Below the pieces are notes generated by a model that made no database searches, was not told the DNA's origin, and was given only the letters and a program-made list of their open reading frames with translations. Positions 15,546 through 24,123 of a stretch of 24,123 nt of DNA are shown one piece after another. Source of the DNA: a virus (Duplodnaviria; Caudoviricetes); IMG/VR virus record IMGVR_UViG_3300044699_000011, positions 1-24,123 of that record; one strand, written 5' to 3'. Within the stretch, counting starts at the first letter, position 1. The number at the start of each line of letters is the position of its first letter. The position numbers and the translations under genes are program-made.

Positions 15546-15580
15546 GCCTGAAAGGTAGCACGCTATCCCGCTGTCGTCTA
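15546..15580 (-). promoter_or_regulatory. SigA-like leaderless promoter: -35 TAGACG, 17-nt spacer, extended -10 TGcTACCTT
   Basis: The - strand reads TAGACG-acagcgggatagcgtgc-TACCTT-tcaggc-ATG(15545). Confidence 0.65.
15554..15567. promoter_or_regulatory. Quasi-palindromic operator-like site, copy 3 (GGTAGCACGCTATC)
   Basis: 13 of 14 identical to each of the other two copies; overlaps the spacer and -10 of the antisense promoter. Confidence 0.7.
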
Positions 15581-15672
15581 GGTCACGCTGCGAGGTCGAC
15601 GGTCACGGTACGCTGCGGTCACAACCGAGCTCGGCCGCTCGGCTTCTCTGACCGAAAGCACTCGGAGGCACC

Positions 15673-16726
15673 GTGGCCACCCCCACATACGCGACGCGCG
15701 AATCCGCGCTCGCAGCGCTCGACGCTGCCGACAGTGCCCGCACCCACGCCAAACTCGACCAAGCGTTGCAGGCCGCTACCGATGCGATCAACGGTGCCAC
15801 CCTCCGTGTGTTCTACCCGCAGGTCGCAACCCGCTACTTCGCATGGCCGAACTACCAGCACGCCGACGCCGGACGGCTCTACCTCGACGCCGACGAGCTC
15901 GTCTCCGTCACGTCGATCGTGTCCGGTGACGACACGCTCACCGCCGCCGACTACCACCTCGAGCCGGACACCGGCCCCCCCTACAACCTGTTGGTGATCA
16001 ACCCCGCCGGCACCGGGTCGCTCAACTCGTCCAGCACCACCGCCTACGAACGCAGCATCGCGATCACCGGGGTCTACGCGGGATGCCGTCTCGTGGAGGA
16101 CGCCGCCGGCGCGACCGCCGAAGCGCTCGACGCCATCGAGCTCGACGTTGACGTCACCGACGGATCACTGATCGGAGTCGGGGACCTCATCCGCATCGAC
16201 GATGAACGCATGGTCGTGACCGGCCGCAGCATGATCGACTCGGCACAGAACACGACGGGTGCGCTCACCGCATCCAAGGCGGACCAGACGGTTGGGGTCG
16301 CGTCCGGTGCGGGGTTCCATGTCGGGTGAAACGATCCTGATCGACGCCGAACGGATGCTCATCGACGACATCGCCGGCAACAACCTGATCGTGAAGCGTG
16401 CGTGGACCGGGTCCACGTTGGCGACCCACGCGAACCCCTCCGACGTCTACGTCTCCCGCACCCTGACCGTCACCCGTGGCGCGCTCGGCACAACCGCCGC
16501 AACCCACCTGACCGCCGCGCCGATCCTCCGATGGACCCCGCCACCGCTCATCTCGGCGTGGTGTGAGGCGTTGGCCATCTCACGGTTCCAGCAGGCGACC
16601 GGCGCCTACGCAGCCAGCACGGGGAGCGGCGAGTCAGCGGAGGACGCCCCAGGGGTCGGGGTCGGACCGATCGAAGCGGACGCCATGGCCGCCTACGCCC
16701 GCTACCGGGTAGCGACGGCGATCTGA
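15673..16726 (+). CDS. Head-to-tail adaptor/connector with inserted repeated domains (apparent +1 indel near 16325)
   Basis: TPTYATRE...LDQALQAATDAIN...FYPQVATRYF N-terminus and PPLISAWCEALAISRFQQ C-terminus resemble gp6/gp15 adaptors. Internal repeats VGDLIRIDDERM/VGETILIDAERM. SD GGAGG. Confidence 0.72.
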
Positions 16727-16727
16727 C

Positions 16728-17102
16728 ATGACCGGCATCGAGATCACCACCGCCACCGTCGGCCCATTCTTTGACGGCACGTTGGGTCACAAGCTTGACC
16801 TGGCGATGACCGAGACACAGAAGGCGGTCGCCGCCGACGCCATGAACACGATCCATCAGCGGATGGACCGCACGTTCAAGCATCCGACCCCGTACTACGA
16901 AACCCAGGTGGTGCAGGACATCCAAGGCGACGACATCCTCATCCACGACCGTGACGTCATCTACGGTCCGTGGCTCGAGGAAGGCAGGGGCGGCACCCGG
17001 TTCCGTGGCTACTCGAACTGGCGGTTGACGGTGCAGGAGGTCGACGGCCGCGCCCAAGCGACAGCTGAGCGTGTGTTCGAACAAGGCCGGTTCGATGGAT
17101 AG
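16728..17102 (+). CDS. Neck/tail-completion protein, HK97 gp10-like (124 aa)
   Basis: FKHPTPYYE...VIYGPWLEEG...TRFRGY; located between the adaptor and the tail terminator. Confidence 0.62.
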   Translation: MTGIEITTATVGPFFDGTLGHKLDLAMTETQKAVAADAMNTIHQRMDRTFKHPTPYYETQVVQDIQGDDILIHDRDVIYGPWLEEGRGGTRFRGYSNWRLTVQEVDGRAQATAERVFEQGRFDG

Positions 17103-17544
17103 CGCCGGCATCTTCGACAAGCTCGAATCCCACGCGGCGTCGCTCGGCATCTTCGAACAGGTCAACACCGTGGAACCCAAGTCGCCGCCCGGCAACGGTG
17201 TCACCGCGGCGCTGTGGCTCGACTCAGTCGGCCCGGCACGCGGGTCAGGGTTGACGTCCACGGATGCACTGTTGGTATTCATGCTGCGCATCTACTCCAA
17301 CCCGTTCGCCGGACCCCGTGAGGCGATCGACCCGGCGGTACTCGCCGCCGTCGACGCGCTCATCACCGTCTACTCCGGTCATCTCACGTTGGGGGGGACG
17401 GTGATGCAGGTCGACCTGTTGGGCCGCACCGGCACCTCGCTCCGTTCGCAGGCCGGGCATGTCCGGCTCGACAACACCATCTACCGGGTCGTCACGTTGA
17501 CGGTTCCGGTCATCGTCGCTGACACCTGGCCGCAGGCCGCGTAG
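17095..17544 (+). CDS. Putative tail terminator protein (149 aa)
   Basis: LESHAASLGIFEQVNTVEPKSPPG...LTLGGTV...YRVVTLTVPVIV; located immediately before the tail tube genes. Confidence 0.68.
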   Translation: MDSAGIFDKLESHAASLGIFEQVNTVEPKSPPGNGVTAALWLDSVGPARGSGLTSTDALLVFMLRIYSNPFAGPREAIDPAVLAAVDALITVYSGHLTLGGTVMQVDLLGRTGTSLRSQAGHVRLDNTIYRVVTLTVPVIVADTWPQAA

Positions 17545-17556
17545 GAGGACACGCAC

Positions 17557-18327
17557 ATGCCGAAGAGCTCAGGACTCGGGGACAACCTCTACGTGTCCGG
17601 ATACAACCTGTCCGGCGACATCGGGTCGCTCGGCAAGATCAGTGGCGGCATGGAGCCGCTGCCATGCACCGGGATCGACAAGTCCGCACCGGAACGGTTC
17701 GGCGGTCTCCGTGACGGGCACATCGAGTTCACATCGTGGTTCAACCCTTCCGCCGCGCAAGCCCACGTCGTCCTGAACCCCCTCACCGTGTCCGCAGCGG
17801 ACACGCACATCCAGTACTGGCGTGGGACGACGTTGGGCTCACCGGTCGCGGCGATGATCGCGAAAGAGACCGACTACAAGCCGAAGCGTGGCGAGGACGG
17901 GTCGCTTGTCATTGACTCGACGTTCGAGGCGAACAGTTACGGGCTCGAGTGGGGGGTCGGGTTGACCGCCGGCGCGGTCTCGCACACGGTCGCCACGAAC
18001 GGCACGGCGGTGGACTACGGGGCGGCGATCGGGACCACGGCGTTCGGTGCGCAGGCATGGTTTCAGTTGCACACGTTCACGGGGACGTTGGCGGCGATCG
18101 AGGTGCAGAGCTCCACGGACAACGGTGCGGGTGACGCGTTCGCGTTGGTGCCGGGGTTGACGTTCGGTGGGACGGTCGGAACGGTCCGCACCGGTACCCG
18201 GTTGGCGACGACCTCACGCACCACCGCGGTGGAGCGGTATCTGCGGATCGCGACCTCGGGGACGTTCTCAGAGATGACGTTCTCGCTGATGGTCGTACGG
18301 AACCTCACGGCGGTCACCGATGGGTAG
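17557..18327 (+). CDS. Tail-tube-like protein with an extra C-terminal domain (256 aa)
   Basis: SD AGGAGG. The N-terminal half is paralogous to 18809-19215 (TGIDKSAPERFGGLRDG...WFNP; RGEDGSL). Confidence 0.7.
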   Translation: MPKSSGLGDNLYVSGYNLSGDIGSLGKISGGMEPLPCTGIDKSAPERFGGLRDGHIEFTSWFNPSAAQAHVVLNPLTVSAADTHIQYWRGTTLGSPVAAMIAKETDYKPKRGEDGSLVIDSTFEANSYGLEWGVGLTAGAVSHTVATNGTAVDYGAAIGTTAFGAQAWFQLHTFTGTLAAIEVQSSTDNGAGDAFALVPGLTFGGTVGTVRTGTRLATTSRTTAVERYLRIATSGTFSEMTFSLMVVRNLTAVTDG

Positions 18328-18805
18328 ATGGCAGCCCGCGGGCCCGGTGCAGGCATACACCACCTATCAGGTGTCCGCCCCTGTCGCGACCCACTACCGG
18401 CCGGCGACATGTGAAGAGGTCGATTGTGACGCGTACCGGTACGGGTGGGTCACCGTGCTCGACGAATCGACGGCGGACGGGCAGATCCTCGCCGGGATGC
18501 TGCGCCGCGCATGCCGACCAGTCGACGCGCCGGCCGTGAACGGGACCCGCCGATACGTCGAGTCGCGCAACGAGCTCGGCGAGACCCTGTTCGAGTTCCC
18601 CGCCGGGCAGCGGTGCTTCGGATGGAACCCGACGCCGAAGCCCGTCACGTTCTGCCGCTCGACCGCCCGGAGAACTACGTCGTCCGGGGTGGGGACTGGC
18701 GCGCCGCACTTGGGTGTGGAACGGGTCCACACCAGTGCCGAACACTGGCTCGATGACTTCCAAGCCAACCAAGCCGCGTTGGCCGAACGCATAGAAAGGG
18801 GCTGA
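18320..18805 (+). CDS. Hypothetical tail-region protein (about 160 aa; probable compensating indels in 18650-18710)
   Basis: HYRPATCEEVDC...YGWVT...FEFPAGQRCF; LPLDRPENYVVRGGDWR appears in an alternate frame; ends WLDDFQANQ...IERG. Confidence 0.65.
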   Translation: MGRWQPAGPVQAYTTYQVSAPVATHYRPATCEEVDCDAYRYGWVTVLDESTADGQILAGMLRRACRPVDAPAVNGTRRYVESRNELGETLFEFPAGQRCFGWNPTPKPVTFCRSTARRTTSSGVGTGAPHLGVERVHTSAEHWLDDFQANQAALAERIERG

Positions 18806-18808
18806 GAT

Positions 18809-19215
18809 ATGCCGAAACAATCAGGGCTCGCGTGGACCACGCGAGCGTGGACACGTCGGGCGGTTCGTTGACCGACATCCGCAACGACATCACGAACATG
18901 GAGTTTGCGACACCGAGGGAGGTGCAGAACGTCACCGGTCTCGACAAGTCGGCGATGGAGCGCATCGGTCTGCTCGCTGACGGTTCGATCACGCTCAACG
19001 GTGTGTTCAACCCGGATGCGTCCAAGTCGCATGTCGTCCTGTCGACGGTGCCGTCCACGTCGGTGAACCGGACCACGTCGATCGGGATCGGTGGGAAGAC
19101 GCTCAGCATGGAGATGCTGTACACGGACTACTCGCTGAACCGGGCGGAGGACGGGTCGCTCACCTGGTCGTCGCCGGGTGTCCTCGCCGACGGTGCCGTC
19201 CCGACATGGGCGTAG
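18809..19215 (+). CDS. Major tail (tube) protein (apparent indel near 18838)
   Basis: SD GAAAGGGG. MPKQSGLAWT then ASVDTSGGSLTDIRNDITN...NVTGLDKSAMERIGLLADGSITLNGVFNP...LADGAVPTWA. Precedes the tail assembly chaperones. Confidence 0.8.
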
Positions 19216-19251
19216 ACACCGTTGACGTCGGCGAGGTCACCGTCGGCAACC

Positions 19252-19719
19252 GTGAGCAGGAGACGCGCCGCGGAGAAGGGGTACAAGCCGGGCCGCAAAG
19301 TCCTGGTGTTGGACTTCACCGGCACCGAGCACGAAGGGTTGGAGGTTCGGTGCCGGGCGATGCGGTTCGGGCAGATGATGGACCTCGCCCGTGGTGACCT
19401 GCTCACCATGGCGAACGAGGTGCGCGCCGCCGGCACCGTCTCCCCTGACCAGTTGGCGCAGATGGACGACCTGTTCGGGCTGTTCGCCGAGGCGCTGATC
19501 TCCTGGAACCTGCTCGACGACGAGACCGGCGACCCGGTCCCCACCACGTTGGACGGGCTGTGGTCACAGGACGTCGGGTTGGCGTTGCTCGTGTTCCAGA
19601 TGTGGGTGATGTCGATGTCGCAGGTGACCGCCCCTTTAGACGTGCCGTCGAGCAGTGGCGCACCGTCCCAGGTGGGATCTCTGCCGATGGCACCCAAGTC
19701 ACCAAGCCCGCCGAACTGA
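19252..19719 (+). CDS. Tail assembly chaperone, gpG-like (start uncertain: 19222 or 19252)
   Basis: GYKPGRKVLVLDF...GLEVRCR...ISWNLLDDETGDPVPTTLDGL; lies between tail tube and tape measure; contains the slippery site. Confidence 0.78.
   Translation: MSRRRAAEKGYKPGRKVLVLDFTGTEHEGLEVRCRAMRFGQMMDLARGDLLTMANEVRAAGTVSPDQLAQMDDLFGLFAEALISWNLLDDETGDPVPTTLDGLWSQDVGLALLVFQMWVMSMSQVTAPLDVPSSSGAPSQVGSLPMAPKSPSPPN
19632..19638 (+). other. Programmed -1 ribosomal frameshift site C CCT TTA
   Basis: An in-phase X XXY YYZ heptamer in the chaperone gene; the -1 frame is open to 19859 and has no start of its own with an SD. Confidence 0.78.
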
Positions 19720-19859
19720 TCGAAGCGGAAACCACGATCCGGCTGTGCGAACTGTTCTCCTGCACCCCGTCACAGCTGGCCGAAGAGGACGCCGACGTCA
19801 TCCGCCTAGTGAACATCTACGACCTGGCCCACCCACCCGAACAGACCCCCACCACGTAA
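19638..19859 (+). CDS. Frameshifted C-terminal extension of the tail assembly chaperone (gpT part of gpGT)
   Basis: RRAVEQWR...IRLCELFSCTPSQLAEEDADVIRLVNI; ends just before the tape measure SD. Confidence 0.75.
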   Translation, partial: RRAVEQWRTVPGGISADGTQVTKPAELIEAETTIRLCELFSCTPSQLAEEDADVIRLVNIYDLAHPPEQTPTT

Positions 19860-19877
19860 GGGGGGAGGTGACACCCG

Positions 19878-21275
19878 ATGGCTGATCTCGAGATCCGTAT
19901 CTCCGCGAAAGACATGGGCGCCGGCGCGGCGCTCGCCGAACTGAAACAGGAAGCCGGGAAGGCTGAGGGTGCGCTCGAACGGGCTGGGCGCCGCCGCGGA
20001 GCACGCGTCACGGAAGGTCCGTGACGGTGGCCGCTCGAGCGACGAAGCGGCCGGCCGGTTGGACCGGGTGGGTGAGTCGGCGGACGAGACGGAAGGCAAG
20101 TTCACCGGGTTGGCGTCGGGGATCGACGGTGTCACCTCGCTGATGGATGACCCGTCGCCGCAGGAGTTCGCGCAAGGTCTCGCGGACATCGCCGACGGTG
20201 TCGGCAACTTCCTCATCCCCACACTGAAGATGCTCAGCGTCGAGATGATCAAGAACGCGGCCGACGATGGTTTCGTCCGCTGCGTCGTCGGTCGCGTCGG
20301 CTGCGTCGAACGCCGCAGGCCCACGCAGCCGCCGCGGCGACGATGGTTGCCGGGTGGATCGCGGCGGGTGCCGCTGCGATCGCGAATGCGGCGATCGTGG
20401 TCGCGTCGTGGATCGCGATGGCGGTACAGGCGGCGATCTCGGCTGCGGCGATGGCGGTCGCGTGGCTGATCGCGATGGGTCCGGCGATCCTGATCATCGC
20501 CGCGGTGATCGCCGCGATCGCGTTGCTGATCGCGAACTGGGACAACCGTGAAGGCTGTCGCGCTCGCGGTGTGGGATGCGATCTGGAACGCCATCAAGGC
20601 GGTGTGGGAATGGATCTCGTCGAACTGGCCGCTACTGCTCGCGATCCTGACCGGCCCGATCGGACTCGCAGTCTTAGCCATTGTAAAGAACTGGGATACC
20701 ATCAAATCCGCCTTTGGTGCGGCGATGGGGTTCATTCGTGACGCGGCGACCGCGGTCAAGGACTGGATCGTGGCCCGGTTCAACGATGTGGTCGGATTTT
20801 TCTCCGGCTGCCGGGCCGGATCTCGTCGATCGCGTCCGGGATGTGGAACGGGCTCAAGGATTCGTTCCGCAACGTCCTCAACGCGATCATCTCGCTTTGG
20901 AACAACATCTCGTTCACGCTCCCCAAGATCAACATCCCGTCCGTCGATGTCCCCGGTCTGGGGAAGATCGGTGGCGGGTCGTTCGGTGGACAGACGTTCT
21001 CGACACCGAACATCCCGTATCTGGCGTCCGGTGGCACCCGGTCCGGGTTGGCGATGGTCGGCGAGCGAGGCATGGAGCTCGTCGACCTCGGCGCGTCCGG
21101 TCATGTGATCGGCGCCAACCGGTCGGCCCGGATGATGCGCGAGGGCGGCGCCGGCACAGGGGTGACCGAGAACCATTTCCACATCCGCGGGTCGATCATC
21201 GCTGAGAAAGACCTGCTCAACATCATCCGCAACGCCGCGCGACGCGGTGAGCTACCCGAACTGAGATCCGCATGA
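19878..21275 (+). CDS. Tape measure protein, short (about 465 aa); about four apparent indels (near 19980, 20260, 20548, 20810)
   Basis: SD GGAGGTG; MADLEIRISAKD start; Ala/Trp-periodic repeats (IANWD, VWDAIWNAIKAVWEWI, KNWDTIK); C-terminal IPYLASGG...MVGERGMELV. Confidence 0.85.
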
Positions 21276-21698
21276 CGTTACGCATCCCCGATCCGTCGGA
21301 AGAGTTCCTGCTCGACACGATCACCGCCGTCAACTACACGTTGAAGCTGTTCAAGAACGACGTGGAGTCCGGGCTGACCGAGGCGCAGAAGTCGGCGCTG
21401 ACGGTCGCGTCGTTCACGGAAGCGACGTTCACCGGGTACGCATCCGTCGCGCTCACGGGCGGGTCGTGGACGACGACCCAGGGGGACCCGTCCACCGCCA
21501 CCTACGCGGTGCAGACGTTCGCGTCGACCGCCAACCAGGCCAGTACGACGCAGTACGGGTACTACGTCATCCGCACCACCGGCGGCGCGCTGGTCTGGTA
21601 CGAGTACCTTCCATCGGCGCAGGCGATCGCGTTCAACGGTGACACCATCCGTGTGACGCCACGGTTGACGCTGAAGGACAACGGTCGACGCCGCGTGA
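21272..21698 (+). CDS. Minor tail protein (about 141 aa; probable indel near 21680, the ORF track reads through to 21859)
   Basis: YTLKLFKND...FTEATFTGYASVALTGGSWT...YGYYV...GDTIRVTPRLTL. Removing one base gives a stop at 21696-21698 overlapping the next GTG. Confidence 0.65.
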
Positions 21699-22036
21699 TC
21701 GACAAGAGGGACCGGGCCGAAACGGTTCTCGCTGCGGTACATGAAGGTCACGGTCAGCGTGGCCGTGGGATGCAACGCACCCGTGACGGTCGCCGGCTGG
21801 TGATGCAGCATCCACCCGAGTCTCATCCGCAACGTGGACGGGCTGGTGGTCGGGGTTGAGGTGTGGGTCCGCATGTACGACACCGCCACGGGTGCAGAGG
21901 TGGAGATCGACCCGCACCGCCGGTTCATCAACCCGCCCACCGAACATGACGGTGAGCCCGCCCGTTGGCGGCGCTGTGGGAGGCGCTGTGGGATCAGGTG
22001 GCCACCGCACCGAACCCGACGGGTTGGCGACCGTGA
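21695..22036 (+). CDS. Hypothetical protein (about 113 aa, reconstructed over two indels)
   Basis: VIDKRDRAETVLAAVHEG... / IRNVDGLVVGVEVWVRMYD...IDPHRRFINPP / PLAALWEALWDQV...GWRP*; GTGA overlaps at both ends. Confidence 0.5.
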
Positions 22037-22175
22037 ACGGCGGACCGTGCGAAGCGTGCGGCCACGGGTCGGAACAGCACAGCCCGTACAGTTACCCGGG
22101 TCCGGGCTGGTGTGAGCGGAACGACTGCCGATGCGGTCGGTACGTCAGACCCCCGGAACCGCCGGCTGGTGACTG

Positions 22176-22176
<1 letters not shown>
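22033..22176 (+). CDS. Small Zn-binding protein (CxxCGH...H...C...CxC, 47 aa)
   Basis: VNGGPCEACGHGSEQH...WCERNDCRCGRY; GTGA and TGATG coupling. Confidence 0.6.
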
Positions 22177-23400
<1,224 letters not shown>

Positions 23401-23423
<23 letters not shown>

Positions 23424-24123
23424 GTGGGACTTCGATGGGGACGGGGATTTCTCCGAAGCGGTGGAGGATGTCACCGACCGGGTGCTCGATGTGGAGTGGA
23501 CGACCGGCCGGAACTTCCCGTCCGGCCTGGAGAAGTCGTCACCGGGTAAATTGTCGATGACGGTACGGAACGACGACGACGCGTTCTCCTACTTCAACAC
23601 CGGCTCCGCGCTGACCACCGTACCCAACTCGCTGCGGACGGGTCGGAAGATCCGGGTGCGTACCTCGAGCTCGACACCGGACGATCCGGTCCTGTTGGTG
23701 CGGGACCGGTTCCGTCGGGTCGACAGTGTCGGCTTGGGGACAGCGGAGACCGGACAGACCTACGTCAACCGTGCCGGCGGGTTCGATGTCGTCGACCAGG
23801 TCGCCAAGGCGAAAGCGGTGTACTCAACCGACCTGATCACCACCGTGGATGTCGGTGCCGCGTCGTTCTACGCGCAGTGCACGCTCCGCCAGCTGCCGAC
23901 AACCAACCGGCGGCTCGGGCTCGTGTTGAAGTGGATCGACTCAGCGAACTACGTGTACGGGTACATGGACTCGAACCCGGCGCTCGGGTTGCGGGTCAAC
24001 TACTGGGTTGGTGGGGTGCTGTTCAACTCCGGTGTGGCCTACCCGGTCCAACCGTGGGAGGGCATGGTTGTCGGGTTCGAGGTGGTCGGCAACGCGGTGA
24101 CCGGCTACATCTCCGGTGTCCCC
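23401..24123 (+). CDS. Tail tip/minor tail protein with a ConA-like lectin segment (3'-truncated; not in the ORF track)
   Basis: The frame is open from GTG 23401 to the window end: LVVEWDFDGDGDFSEAVEDVTDRV...GR...PGKLSMTVRNDDDAFSYFN...LRTGRKIRVR, then DRFRRVDSVGLGTAETGQ and GLVLKWIDSANY. No clear SD, so it could continue the upstream gene across an indel. Confidence 0.68.

Noticed and set aside
7562-21182. Long - strand ORFs (7562-8707, 9847-11124, 16548-17291, 19806-21182)
   Set aside because: Antisense shadows of well-supported + strand genes; stop codons are scarce in high-GC DNA and the products have no motifs.

Overview
High-GC, actinobacterial-type siphovirus or prophage segment, almost entirely on the + strand. 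In order it holds: (i) a 5'-truncated beta-class N4C/N6A DNA methyltransferase; (ii) a translationally coupled operon of about 11 microproteins ending in a 908-aa beta-helix/coiled-coil/GH26-like protein and a terminator; (iii) a hairpin-rich intergenic region; (iv) an HK97-type head module (portal with a MuF-like C-terminus, ClpP-type protease, major capsid, likely decoration proteins), with no terminase in the window; (v) accessory genes, including an alpha/beta-hydrolase; (vi) an antisense two-gene cassette with a C5 cytosine methyltransferase and its own promoter; (vii) neck and tail genes, including two paralogous tail-tube-like proteins, tail assembly chaperones with a CCCTTTA -1 slip site, a short tape measure and minor tail proteins. 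Many conserved genes carry single-base indels and a 484-nt poly(A) tract interrupts a tail gene, which points to an uncorrected long read rather than real decay. The best unexplained signals are a 14-bp quasi-palindrome (GGTAGYRCGCTATC) seen at three intergenic sites, two of them overlapping leaderless -10 boxes; twin hairpins with an identical CATTCAAACC loop after the capsid gene; and a candidate structured ncRNA upstream of the portal. All product calls come from motif recognition by eye; no searches were run.
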